A stretch of 64,000 bases of DNA from an uncultured Candidatus Saccharibacteria bacterium (GCA_964426845.1 CAYRSA010000003.1:6751-70750); one strand, 5' to 3'; counted from the first letter of the stretch, positions 1 through 8,757 are shown. Numbers and translations are program-made. The notes: generated from the letters alone by a model not told the origin.

Positions 1-179
1 AGAGCAAACCTTATGTACCAACCAGCTGACTTTTCGTGTTCGACATACTCCGATGCCGTCCAGGACAATCCCTCAACCGAAGCACTACTTGCCAAGGGTT
101 TGGAATCCGCGCTCAGCTTAGTTTCGCCTTGTTTAGCGCCAGTATATTTCCAGTCGGCTTGTTTGTCACCCTCTTGCAT
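1..179 (-). CDS. hypothetical protein, N-terminal fragment (continues beyond window start)
   Basis: The reverse-strand frame is open from the ATG at 179 to position 1 (MQEGDKQADWKYTGAKQGETKLSADSKPLASSASVEGLSWTASEYVEHEKSAGWYIRFA...). A TACAAT box (186-191) lies 6 nt upstream of this ATG, matching the leaderless geometry seen at many genes here. The ORF is missing from the track because it is truncated. Confidence 0.35.
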   Translation of the reverse strand, partial: MQEGDKQADWKYTGAKQGETKLSADSKPLASSASVEGLSWTASEYVEHEKSAGWYIRFA

Positions 180-242
180 AAGCATATTGTATCACTGATT
201 GACGTGGCTCTGTAACTCAGGCTATAAATCTCCCCTCCCCTC

Positions 243-251
243 TGTTATAAT
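243..251 (+). promoter_or_regulatory. extended -10 element (TGtTATAAT) upstream of the tandem tRNA-Ser genes
   Basis: TGTTATAAT at 243-251 lies about 15 nt before the tRNA 5' end at 266. A TTGACG (199-204) / TATAAA (223-228) pair lies further upstream. Confidence 0.4.
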
Positions 252-265
252 GGCCCCTAGTCTAC

Positions 266-358
266 GGAGAGGTACCCAAGTGGCTTAAGGGGACGGTTTG
301 CTAAATCGTTAGTGGGGCGCAAGCTCCAGCGAGGGTTCGAATCCCTCTCTCTCCGCCA
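266..358 (+). tRNA. tRNA-Ser (anticodon GCU), class II with long variable arm, CCA encoded
   Basis: Hand-folded cloverleaf: acceptor GGAGAGG/TCTCTCC, anticodon stem ACGGT/ATCGT with loop TTGCTAA (GCT), long variable arm, T-arm GAGGG-TTCGAAT-CCCTC, discriminator G and a 3' CCA. Confidence 0.9.
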
Positions 359-375
359 GAATTTCCGTAGTCCAT

Positions 376-467
<92 letters not shown>

Positions 468-490
468 ACTTACGCAGTTACGGCTTCGGC

Positions 491-1540
491 TTAAGGCTGT
501 TTTTCTTTTGGCGGTTCAGAGTTTGGAGTTTCAGGTTTAGCTGGCTCCGGCTTCTTACCTTCATTAAGCAGAATTGTGCTGACTACAATGCCAATTATGC
601 CTAGAACGGTGGCTGTTAGGCCGACTAGCTTGAACAACCCGGCGTTATCGGCCAGGATGATTCGAGAGGCCGCCTGGAGGGCATTGACGGCGGCTTCAGT
701 GGTTTCTACATAGGCAGTTGGAATGACACTGCTGACCACCCAGCTGAGAAGTAGGCCGAGAATCAAGATGAACACACCATTTATTACCAATAGAACACCT
801 AATTTACGCAGGCCGTGCAGCCAAGTCAGGCTCAGCAGTACGATACCGATGCCAGCTAGCACTACCCCAACTATGAAAAACCACATACCGGCGGTTAGGA
901 ACTGATATAGTTTCGGTAACTCATTTGGCAGATTCTGAGTCGGGTCGTTTATCCCCAAATCTTGAGCCTCCTGGGTGCTGACTGTGCCGTCGGCCACGAC
1001 TTCGTCGGAAAAGACGCTGGCGTTATTGCTAATCTTGGTTACGGCATCGTTAATTAGAGCAGTAACATCGGTGCCGGGCGGAATGCAACTATAGGTGAAA
1101 ACATCGTCACCGGTCGGTGCGGCCGTGGTGCAAGCCGGCAAGGTGGCGGCTCGGGCCTGCAGAGAACTAGTTAGGGTTTCTTGGAAGTTGGCTTTGAGGG
1201 GTTCGATGGCCAGGCTAAATTTTGGTTGCTGGGCATCGCCGCTCAACCAGCCATAGGTGCTGTCAATTAGAGGCTCTAGAGCACCCTGGAGATTATCTCC
1301 GGAAACGGCCGACTGCAAAGCGGCGGTAATCAAAGGGTCGGTGGAGTCCGAGCCACCCAGGGCCTCGGTCTTGATAGTTTCCCCAACCGCTGTGTAAAAA
1401 CCGGCCTCAACAATAGTTTGCTTGGTATATTCTTGATCGCCCAAGGTCCGGTTAAAAGCTAATGAAAAAACGCTGAGCAAAAACAGCGGTCCGAACAGAG
1501 CCACAGCCACTACTAGCCCGAATTTTTTCAAGCCTTGCAT
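491..1540 (-). CDS. hypothetical multi-pass membrane protein
   Basis: 351-aa ORF with an N-terminal TM helix, a large non-hydrophobic middle, a C-terminal cluster of TM helices and a Pro/Lys/Glu-rich tail. The start is probably the ATG at 1540 (MQGLKKF...), 6 nt after TACAAT (1547-1552). The ORF-track start is 1546. Confidence 0.65.
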   Translation of the reverse strand: MQGLKKFGLVVAVALFGPLFLLSVFSLAFNRTLGDQEYTKQTIVEAGFYTAVGETIKTEALGGSDSTDPLITAALQSAVSGDNLQGALEPLIDSTYGWLSGDAQQPKFSLAIEPLKANFQETLTSSLQARAATLPACTTAAPTGDDVFTYSCIPPGTDVTALINDAVTKISNNASVFSDEVVADGTVSTQEAQDLGINDPTQNLPNELPKLYQFLTAGMWFFIVGVVLAGIGIVLLSLTWLHGLRKLGVLLVINGVFILILGLLLSWVVSSVIPTAYVETTEAAVNALQAASRIILADNAGLFKLVGLTATVLGIIGIVVSTILLNEGKKPEPAKPETPNSEPPKEKQP

Positions 1541-1584
1541 AGGCATATTGTAGCACCACAGCGGCAGGGTGTTATAGTTAAAGC

Positions 1585-1992
1585 ATGAGCATTGCCCAAC
1601 ATCTGCTAGCCTACGGCCTCACTCTGGTAGCCTTCCTGGGCATTGACGCCGTGTGGCTGGGCGTAATTGCTAAGAACCTATATAAAGACAACCTAGGGCA
1701 CCTGATGGCTCCTAAACCAAGTTTGTTGCCGGCCGCCGTCTTCTATCTGATGTACGTGGCCGGCATTATGATCCTGGCAGTGTATCCGGCCGTCGATAAG
1801 GGTTCGCTGGGCAAGGCCGTAGTGCTAGGAGCCATCTTCGGTGCCATAGCTTACGCCACTTATGATTTAACCAACGCCGCTACCCTAAAAGACTGGCCCC
1901 TGAAAATCACCCTCCTGGACATTCTGTGGGGCTCGGTTCTGACGGCTACCATTGCTGGAATCGGTTACCAGATTGTTAATTGGATTAGTTAA
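1585..1992 (+). CDS. DUF2177-family small membrane protein
   Basis: 135 aa with four predicted TM segments. The N-terminus (...LGIDAVWLGVIAKNLY...) is typical of DUF2177. TATAGT (1573-1578) lies 6 nt upstream of the ATG. Confidence 0.6.
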   Translation: MSIAQHLLAYGLTLVAFLGIDAVWLGVIAKNLYKDNLGHLMAPKPSLLPAAVFYLMYVAGIMILAVYPAVDKGSLGKAVVLGAIFGAIAYATYDLTNAATLKDWPLKITLLDILWGSVLTATIAGIGYQIVNWIS

Positions 1993-2759
1993 TGACCGAG
2001 GCTTTTATCTTTGCTAGCTTGGTAATTTTGGCTTATATGAGCGGCCTTTTTCTAATCTCTGTCGTTATCAAGCGCAACGACTTGGCGGATCTGGGCTGGG
2101 GACCGGGTTTTTTGGTACTGGCCATAGCTGTGGCGGCTCAGACCAATCAACCCTCAGCAAAAGTGTGGCTGGTGACTGGTTTGGTGCTTTTGTGGGCTTT
2201 GAGACTGGCTATTCATATCTGGCCAAGACTCCGTCGTAAGAGTGAAGACTTTCGCTATGCCGAGTGGCGCCGCCAATGGGGCAAGCTGGTCTATGTGCGA
2301 TCGTTTTTTCAGGTATTTATCTTGCAGGGCGTACTAATGTTGCTAGTCGGAGCTGGAATTGTCGTTAACGCCCACCAAGCGTCTGACTTAGCCTGGTATA
2401 ACTGGCTGGGTGTGGCTGTCTGGGCCTTTGGTTTTTTGTTTGAGACTATTGGTGACCGCCAACTGACCCAATTTCTGGGCAATCCAGCCAACAAGGGCCA
2501 GATTATGGACCGCGGGCTGTGGCGCTATACTAGGCATCCAAACTACTTCGGTGAAGTTACCCAATGGTGGGGTATTTTACTGGTGGTCTTGCCATCAGAC
2601 TACTGGTATGTTGCTGCGATTAGCCCCCTAACAATCACTACATTGATCCTGTTTGTATCCGGCATCCCGCTACTAGAGAAAAAATTCGCTGGCAAGCCAG
2701 GCTGGAAGGAATACGCCACCCGGACTAGTGTGTTTATCCCCCTGCCACCTCGGAAATAG
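1992..2759 (+). CDS. DUF1295 / steroid 5-alpha-reductase-like (ICMT-fold) membrane protein
   Basis: 255-aa polytopic membrane protein with an RHPNYFGE motif near the C-terminus. Its start overlaps the upstream stop (TAATG). Confidence 0.65.
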   Translation: MTEAFIFASLVILAYMSGLFLISVVIKRNDLADLGWGPGFLVLAIAVAAQTNQPSAKVWLVTGLVLLWALRLAIHIWPRLRRKSEDFRYAEWRRQWGKLVYVRSFFQVFILQGVLMLLVGAGIVVNAHQASDLAWYNWLGVAVWAFGFLFETIGDRQLTQFLGNPANKGQIMDRGLWRYTRHPNYFGEVTQWWGILLVVLPSDYWYVAAISPLTITTLILFVSGIPLLEKKFAGKPGWKEYATRTSVFIPLPPRK

Positions 2760-2778
2760 CCCTGGTATAATAAAGTCT

Positions 2779-3174
2779 ATGAGCGACTCTGTGTTCACTA
2801 AGATTATCAAGGGCGAGATTCCTTCGCACAAGGTTTATGAGGACGGCAAAACCCTGGCCTTTATGGATATTCATCCAGTTCAACCGGGCCATGTATTAGT
2901 GATACCTAAACGAGAAGTGGAATTTGTCTGGGATTTAAATGACGAAGACTATCGAGCGGTCATGGCTACCACTAAAAAGGTTGCCTTACATATGCGCGAA
3001 GTACTTCCCCATGCCTACGTTCACGCCAGGATTGTGGGAGTAGATGTTCCGCATGCTCACGTACAGTTAATTCCCTTTACCAATTCCAGTGAGCTTAGTA
3101 AGGAACCGGACATGGACGCTGAGCCCGACCACCCTGCCCTGGCTAAAATGGCTGAAAAACTAAGGATAGAGTAG
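2779..3174 (+). CDS. HIT-family (histidine triad) nucleotide hydrolase/transferase
   Basis: MSDSVFTKIIKGEIPSHKVYEDG... followed by the HAHVQLIP histidine triad. The start was moved to the ATG at 2779, 7 nt after TGgTATAAT (2763-2771). Confidence 0.85.
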   Translation: MSDSVFTKIIKGEIPSHKVYEDGKTLAFMDIHPVQPGHVLVIPKREVEFVWDLNDEDYRAVMATTKKVALHMREVLPHAYVHARIVGVDVPHAHVQLIPFTNSSELSKEPDMDAEPDHPALAKMAEKLRIE

Positions 3175-3183
3175 AATAGGCTT

Positions 3184-3375
3184 ATGTCGAATTATTTGAT
3201 CGCTTTCCTATTTGCAGCTGGCTGTGGCACCTGGATATACAACAAGATGTACAGCAAAACCGGTGGCAACAACGTCAATGCCCTGATCGTCGGTGGCCTG
3301 TCTGGTGGCCTGTTATTCCTGTTTATGCTGGTGGTCTTAGCCATTGTTGGCAACATGATTAGCGACGCCTTCTAG
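3184..3375 (+). CDS. small hydrophobic membrane protein
   Basis: 63 aa with two predicted TM helices. No recognisable family. Confidence 0.5.
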   Translation: MSNYLIAFLFAAGCGTWIYNKMYSKTGGNNVNALIVGGLSGGLLFLFMLVVLAIVGNMISDAF

Positions 3376-3438
3376 AAACGGTCCCAACTAGCCATTTAAT
3401 ACTACCCCTGCCCTGCTTTTTCTAGTACTATAGAGCTA

Positions 3439-4299
3439 ATGAGTAAGGTGGTAGAGCAAGAAATAGCCCTGGGCAAGCGCCTGCAGATGGCCAGGCAAAA
3501 GGCTGGCTTAACTCAGCAACAGCTGTGCGCCAAGGCCGATTTATCCTATTCAACCCTGGCCAAAGTCGAGCGAGGGGCGATTAAAGCGCCGTCGATCTTC
3601 ACTATTGAGAGTATCGCCGATGTTATAGGCGTGACTTTGGACGATCTAATGGGCCGCCAATCCGGGGTTGCCGGTGGTACATCGGACAAGAAAATCTCCA
3701 AAGCCGGCGTGCGCTTCGTGTACTTTGATATCAACGGCTGTTTGGTCCGGTTCTTCCACAGCGCCTTCACTGAATTGTCGGCTAAAACAGGGGTACCATT
3801 GCATAAAGTCGAGTCGGCTTTCTGGCGTATCAACGACTCGCTTTGCCGCGGCGAAATCACTTTCGACCAGTTTAATAAGAAATTGGCCAAGCAAATGGAT
3901 ATCGATTCTGTCGATTGGGCTCCCTATTATCTGGCGGCAGTCGAGCCGATCAAGGAGATGCACGAGTTGGTGGCTTGGGCCGCTGAACACTACAAGATTG
4001 GCTTGCTTAGCAACATTATGCCCGGCATGATTGAGGCCATGAAAACCAGTGGCGCTATTCCTGATATAGCCTACGATGCCGTCATTGATTCCTCTGTAGA
4101 GCACACCATCAAGCCCGAAGCCAAAGTCTACGAAATCGCCGAGCAGCGAGCCGGTGTTGACCCCTCCGAAATACTGTTAGTTGATGACACTAGAGCCAAC
4201 CTGATGGCCGCCGACCAAAAAGGCTGGTCAGTCTTGTGGTTCGACGATTACAACCCAGCCGAATCGGCTAAACGGGTTCGAGAAATTCTAGAGTTTTAA
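3439..4299 (+). CDS. fusion protein: N-terminal XRE-type HTH domain + C-terminal HAD-superfamily hydrolase-like domain
   Basis: The N-terminus (LGKRLQMARQKAGLTQQQLCAKADLSYSTLAKVERG) is an XRE-type HTH. The C-terminal part carries HAD motifs: I FDINGCL (D-x-N rather than D-x-D), II LLSN, III K in IKPEAKVY, IV LLVDDTRANL. Confidence 0.7.
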   Translation: MSKVVEQEIALGKRLQMARQKAGLTQQQLCAKADLSYSTLAKVERGAIKAPSIFTIESIADVIGVTLDDLMGRQSGVAGGTSDKKISKAGVRFVYFDINGCLVRFFHSAFTELSAKTGVPLHKVESAFWRINDSLCRGEITFDQFNKKLAKQMDIDSVDWAPYYLAAVEPIKEMHELVAWAAEHYKIGLLSNIMPGMIEAMKTSGAIPDIAYDAVIDSSVEHTIKPEAKVYEIAEQRAGVDPSEILLVDDTRANLMAADQKGWSVLWFDDYNPAESAKRVREILEF

Positions 4300-4301
4300 A
4301 C

Positions 4302-4757
4302 TTATTGGGGTTGCTCTAGTTCTGCGCCGGGTTCTGGGAATAACACAATAGCATTTACCTGCCCTCCGGTCACACTATTCAACGCCGCTAAAATGCTATT
4401 TGCATCTTCGGGGCCGCCGTCTCTATTATCGAAGCCTTCCACCATACTAAGCTTAATTTTGCCTCCTTCATCTTCGAGATAGGCATTGAAGCCCGGGTCT
4501 TTATCACTATGTGAAGGGCGTGATACGTGATGAACATAATCCTTGTGCCTTCCCTTGCCTAGTGTAATTTCTGTTTCGCTCTGTCTACTGGAATTAGGAG
4601 GAAACAGCTCTACAACCACTACCTCACCGCCTTCGCCCAGTTCGATCCTGGAAGCTACCTCATCAAATCGTGTCTGAAGGGTGTCAAACAATCTTCTCTC
4701 TGGTGAGGCATCTTCGTGACTTGCATCTACTGGTGATTTTGGCTGTGGTTCTGGCAT
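4302..4757 (-). CDS. hypothetical acidic protein
   Basis: 151-aa ORF preceded on its strand by TATAAT, a leader of about 30 nt and an AAAGGAG Shine-Dalgarno. No recognised domain. Confidence 0.55.
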   Translation of the reverse strand: MPEPQPKSPVDASHEDASPERRLFDTLQTRFDEVASRIELGEGGEVVVVELFPPNSSRQSETEITLGKGRHKDYVHHVSRPSHSDKDPGFNAYLEDEGGKIKLSMVEGFDNRDGGPEDANSILAALNSVTGGQVNAIVLFPEPGAELEQPQ

Positions 4758-4808
4758 AAAAACTCCTTTGCTTGCCGCTGCTTATTCGCTAATTATAACA
4801 CCGCTAGA

Positions 4809-7370
4809 TTATTTTAGCTTCGCTAGCTCTTGCTTAGCGGTAGTCAACGTCTCGTTAGCTTTGGTTAGCTTCTCCTCAGATTCTTTCACTAATCTCTTGG
4901 GAGCATTGGCTAGATACGACTTGTTAGACAGGCGGTCTTTGAGATTGGCTACTTCCCTCTCCAGGCCTGTGATTCGTGAAGCCAGGGCGTCTTTTAGGTC
5001 GTTCAGGCTGGCATTATCCATGTCTAGCCATAGTGACAGGCCGCCTGAGGTCAGTTTCAGGCCGTCTGGAGCCTTGGTTTGGACAGTTACGGTCAATCCA
5101 GCTAGTTTGTCTACCAATTCAACGTGAGCAGCCAGAGGATCGTCAGTCAGGGTATGAGCGGTTTTCACGGGCTTACTGAGATTACTGTTGATACTGCGAG
5201 CCTCTGTTACCAGAGCTTGTATGGCTTTGAACTGGGCAGTCTGCTTGGCGTCAGTACTGGCCGCTTCTGGCCAACTGGCTATTGCAAGAATGCTGTCTTT
5301 TTCCCAGGCTAGAGTCTGCCAGATGGTCTCGGTGACAAATGGGGCAAAGGGGTGGGATAGCTTAAGAATGGTTTCCAGACAGTAAGCCAAAAAGGCTGGA
5401 TTGAGCGCAACTTTACTGGCCTCGATGTACCAGTCGGCGAAGTCATCCCAGACCAGGTGGTAAACCTGGTCATAGGCTTCGGCAAATCGGTAATTCTCCA
5501 AATCCGCCCCAATCTTCTCTGTTGAGTGTTGTAACTTGCTCAACATCCAGTGGTCGGTGATGGTTTGAGGTGAAGCCTCGTGGCGAGCATTGGCATCGTC
5601 GCCAACTATGTCTTCTATGAAGCGGGCGATGTTCCACAGTTTGTTGCAGAAGTTGCGGGCGCCGACAATTTTGCTGGTATCAAAAGGACGGTTATTGGCC
5701 GGAGCTTCGTCGGCAATTATGCCCATGCGGAAGGCGTCCGAGCCGTACTCGTCGACCATGGTCATGGGGTCAATAACGTTGCCTTTGGACTTGCTCATTT
5801 TGGCACCATGTTGGTCCTGAATTAGGCCGTGCAAGTAGACTTCCTTGAAGGGAACTTGGCCAGTTTCGTACAAACCAAACATGATCATTCGCGACACCCA
5901 CGGGTAGAGAATGTCAGCACCAGTTTCCATCAAACTTAAGGGGTAAAACTGCTTGAAATCGTGGCTATCTGGAAAATCTAGAGTGGCGTACGGCCAGCTG
6001 GAACTGGAAAACCAAGTGTCGAAAACGTCAGGATCGCGGCGATAGGACTTCCCTTCTATTTCGATGATTTCTTGGTCGACTCGGTCATCGAAAATCCAGT
6101 CCTCGGGCTTGTCCAAACTTTGGAAAGCCGGGATAGGAATGCCCCAAGCAATTTGCCTGGAAATGTTCCAGTCGCGCAAGCCTTCTAGGTATTTTATTAG
6201 CTGCAATCTCTTGGCATCAGGATAAAACGTAATCTTCTTATCTTTTAGAGTCTGGATGGCTGGCTTGGCCAATGGGTTGACGTCGATGAACCACTGTTCG
6301 CGAAGCAATGGTTGAATAACGGTGCCGCATTTATAGCAGTGTCCGACGGAGTGCTCGTAGGCTTCTTCTTTGACCAAGTACCCCTGTTGTTTGAGATTAT
6401 CGACGGTCTTTTGTCGGGCGTCTTTTACTTCCAGGCCAACCACATCTTCTGGAGCGTGGTGGTTCATTTTGCCTTCGAAGTCGATGACGGTAATCATCGG
6501 CAGGTCGTGTCGGCCGGCTACTTCGTAATCATTGGGGTCATGAGCCGGGGTAATCTTGACGGCGCCGGTGCCAAATTCGGTCTCCACCATCTCGTCGGCT
6601 AGGATTGGGATTTCTCGGTCTGTCAGAGGTAGTTTAACGGTTTTACCAATAAATTTCTTATATCTTTTATCGTCTGCATGGACAGCCACGGCCACGTCGC
6701 CGAACATAGTTTCTGGCCGGGTGGTGGCTACCACGACTTCCCCACTGCCATCAGTTAATGGATAGCGGATATGCCACAAATGGCTCTTGGCGTTCTTGTA
6801 TTCAACTTCAATATCGGCAAAGCCGGTGCCGTGAAAAGTGCAGTAATTAACTAGTCGTTCACCCCTGTAAATCAGGCCATCATCCCACATTTTTTTGAAG
6901 GTGCTGTGGGCCTGTTTAACGATCTTGGGATCGAGAGTATAGACATATCTAGCCCAGTCCAAACTAGCGCCCAGTTTGCGGAACTGCGACTCGTAATTGT
7001 CCTTATTCTGAGCCACGAAGTCCCAGATCTGCTTGTATAGCTCGTCCCTGGTGAAATCGAAGCGCGACTTCCCTTCTTTGGCCAGCTCTTTCTCGTAAAC
7101 TACTTGGGTTTCGAACCCGGCGTGATCGGCTCCTGGCAACAGTAGTGCTGACTTACCTTTCATACGCTGATAACGGATGATAATATCCTCGATGGCCAGC
7201 ATGTCGCCGTGACCCAGGTGGAGGTTGCCGTTGGCATTAGGCGGCGGTATTACAATGCTGAAATAGTCGTCGCTACCCCTGTTCTTGGGCTCAAAAGCTT
7301 TGGCCGCTTCCCACAATTTATAAATGTCGGCTTCGAACTTAGATGGTTCGTATGTCTTCCCTAACTTCAT
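4809..7370 (-). CDS. valS: valine--tRNA ligase
   Basis: 853 aa with the class I signatures PPNANGNLHLGHG (HIGH) and KMSKSKGN (KMSKS). It also has the ValRS-type editing-domain region and a C-terminal coiled coil. Confidence 0.95.
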   Translation of the reverse strand: MKLGKTYEPSKFEADIYKLWEAAKAFEPKNRGSDDYFSIVIPPPNANGNLHLGHGDMLAIEDIIIRYQRMKGKSALLLPGADHAGFETQVVYEKELAKEGKSRFDFTRDELYKQIWDFVAQNKDNYESQFRKLGASLDWARYVYTLDPKIVKQAHSTFKKMWDDGLIYRGERLVNYCTFHGTGFADIEVEYKNAKSHLWHIRYPLTDGSGEVVVATTRPETMFGDVAVAVHADDKRYKKFIGKTVKLPLTDREIPILADEMVETEFGTGAVKITPAHDPNDYEVAGRHDLPMITVIDFEGKMNHHAPEDVVGLEVKDARQKTVDNLKQQGYLVKEEAYEHSVGHCYKCGTVIQPLLREQWFIDVNPLAKPAIQTLKDKKITFYPDAKRLQLIKYLEGLRDWNISRQIAWGIPIPAFQSLDKPEDWIFDDRVDQEIIEIEGKSYRRDPDVFDTWFSSSSWPYATLDFPDSHDFKQFYPLSLMETGADILYPWVSRMIMFGLYETGQVPFKEVYLHGLIQDQHGAKMSKSKGNVIDPMTMVDEYGSDAFRMGIIADEAPANNRPFDTSKIVGARNFCNKLWNIARFIEDIVGDDANARHEASPQTITDHWMLSKLQHSTEKIGADLENYRFAEAYDQVYHLVWDDFADWYIEASKVALNPAFLAYCLETILKLSHPFAPFVTETIWQTLAWEKDSILAIASWPEAASTDAKQTAQFKAIQALVTEARSINSNLSKPVKTAHTLTDDPLAAHVELVDKLAGLTVTVQTKAPDGLKLTSGGLSLWLDMDNASLNDLKDALASRITGLEREVANLKDRLSNKSYLANAPKRLVKESEEKLTKANETLTTAKQELAKLK

Positions 7371-7396
7371 TACCTACCAGCATAGCACTTGAACAT

Positions 7397-7429
7397 AAAA
7401 AAATCACCCCTGTAAATACAAAGATGATT
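7397..7429 (-). terminator. candidate intrinsic terminator/attenuator hairpin inside the valS 5' leader
   Basis: On the minus strand, AATCATC-(13-nt loop)-GGTGATT is followed by a T-run (T7 counting the stem). It ends about 26 nt before the valS ATG. The stem is short (7 bp with one G-U) and the loop is large. Confidence 0.3.
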
Positions 7430-7658
7430 CACGTGAAACCGAGACAACTAAAATAACCCGGCTTCTCACAAAGTCTCGCAAACAAAAGTCCTCACTCGGA
7501 GTAAACTGCTACCACAACCGATAATTTTGTTTCGTGAGCCAACGCCCGAAAGTACGAACTGCATGGATTTGCAGATAGTCCCCATACGATGTTTGTTTTT
7601 GTACTTCAAGCATAACCAAGATATAACAGAGATGCAACATTGACATTAGAACGCTAGT

Positions 7659-7664
7659 ATTATA
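7659..7664 (-). promoter_or_regulatory. candidate -10 box (TATAAT) that would start a ~280-nt valS leader
   Basis: A perfect TATAAT on the minus strand lies just after the tsaD stop. I found no convincing -35 or TG extension. Confidence 0.3.
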
Positions 7665-7671
7665 TGGCTAG

Positions 7672-8733
7672 CTACATACTGAGGTTGGGCTTGGTTTCCA
7701 GGGAGTAGGGGTCGGCAGTGGGCTGTTTGTGTTTGATTTTGAAACAGCCCAGGGTGGCAATCATGGCTCCGTTATCGGTACATAATTTCATGTCCGGATA
7801 CTGGATGGGCAGGGGAATCCCGGCTGTTAATTGGGCTCGTAACTCTGGGCTGGCGGCCACGCCACCGGCAATGACTACTGATTTGGGCGAAAACTCTTCA
7901 AAGGCTTGGACAGTCTTGTCGACCACTGTTTCTACGGCTAATTGTTGGAAACTGGCCGCAAAATCAGCTTTCTGGGCCTCGGAGAGGCGCTGAGCAATGT
8001 CCTTACTGGGGTAGGTGTGGTCTTCACCGATTTCGGCCTGAGCGGCCCTTAAAACGGCTGTTTTGAGCCCTGAGAAGCTGAAATTGTAGGGTTCTCCCAG
8101 TTTAGCCTTAGGAAAGCGGTACTTGCCTGGGTCGCCGCCCTCGGCGACTTTACTAATACTTGGTCCGCCAGGGTAGGGGAGGCCGAGGATTTTGGCCACC
8201 TTATCGAAGGCTTCGCCGATGGCGTCGTCCTGAGTCCGGCCGAGTAGCTTGTAATCAAAGTGGTCTTTGAACAGCACTAATTGGCTGTGGCCGCCGCTGA
8301 CAATTAGTGCTAACAGAGGGAATTTGGGGGCCGAAGCTGGCATGGTGTAGCCGGGTAGGGAAGTCTTCGCCAGGAAGTTAGCATAAACATGGCCCTCGAC
8401 GTGGTTACAGGCGTACAGAGGTTTATCGTGCAAAATGGCCAAAGTGCGAGCGGCTAAGACACCCACTAATAGGCAACCGCCCAAGCCGGCTCCGTAAGTT
8501 ACGGCGATGGCGTCGATGTCACTCCAGGTGCATTTGGCCTCTGTTAAAGCCTGCACGATAACCGGATCAATCGACTCGATGTGGCTGCGGGCAGCAATCT
8601 CCGGCACCACACCGCCAAACTGAGCATGCAAATCCATACTGCTGGCCACAACATTAGACAACAGAGTGTCGCCGTTCTCAACAACGGCCGCGGCTGTCTC
8701 GTCACAACTGGTTTCAATGCCTAGAACCTTCAT
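7672..8733 (-). CDS. tsaD: tRNA N6-adenosine threonylcarbamoyltransferase
   Basis: MKVLGIETSCDETAAAVV... at the N-terminus. The protein reads as Kae1/TsaD/Qri7 family along its full length. Confidence 0.92.
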   Translation of the reverse strand: MKVLGIETSCDETAAAVVENGDTLLSNVVASSMDLHAQFGGVVPEIAARSHIESIDPVIVQALTEAKCTWSDIDAIAVTYGAGLGGCLLVGVLAARTLAILHDKPLYACNHVEGHVYANFLAKTSLPGYTMPASAPKFPLLALIVSGGHSQLVLFKDHFDYKLLGRTQDDAIGEAFDKVAKILGLPYPGGPSISKVAEGGDPGKYRFPKAKLGEPYNFSFSGLKTAVLRAAQAEIGEDHTYPSKDIAQRLSEAQKADFAASFQQLAVETVVDKTVQAFEEFSPKSVVIAGGVAASPELRAQLTAGIPLPIQYPDMKLCTDNGAMIATLGCFKIKHKQPTADPYSLETKPNLSM

Positions 8734-8740
8734 CTGGAAA

Positions 8741-8752
8741 CTAGTATACTAG
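8741..8752. promoter_or_regulatory. 12-bp palindrome CTAGTATACTAG giving a TATACT -10 box on both strands (tsaD / murE divergent promoters)
   Basis: The tsaD-murE intergenic gap is only 24 bp. TATACT reads on the + strand at 8745-8750 (7 nt before the murE ATG) and on the - strand at 8743-8748 (9 nt before the tsaD ATG). Confidence 0.5.
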
Positions 8753-8757
8753 AGGTC

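Noticed and set aside
13-198. Plus-strand 61-aa ORF at the window start
   Set aside because: The translation is Cys/Ser-rich and unlike a real protein, and there is no promoter or SD. The opposite strand has a better partial ORF, with a -10 box placed 6 nt from its ATG.
4768-7370. Many 60-120-aa ORFs antisense to or out of frame within valS. The same occurs within groEL (14483-15827), polA, pnp, rnj, ftsK, dnaG (27080-27430, 27573-27896), rpoD and others.
   Set aside because: They lie entirely inside long, confidently identified genes. They have biased (R/S/P/A-rich) translations typical of shadow ORFs and lack start-site signals.
7405-7416. 12-mer CACCCCTGTAAA shared between the valS leader (7405-7416) and the rpsT upstream region (44281-44292)
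   Set aside because: Chance 12-mer repeats are expected in a 64-kb window, by a rough N^2/4^12 argument. In the rpsT copy the TTTACA that fits a promoter is the adjacent one, not the one in the repeat. No wider similarity flanks the 12-mer.
7506-7517. Calling the valS leader a T-box riboswitch
   Set aside because: Only a GUGGUA fragment resembles the T-box core. I could not find the full conserved ~14-nt T-box sequence, a convincing specifier loop with a Val codon, or an antiterminator that competes with the weak hairpin. I report it only as an unclassified long leader.
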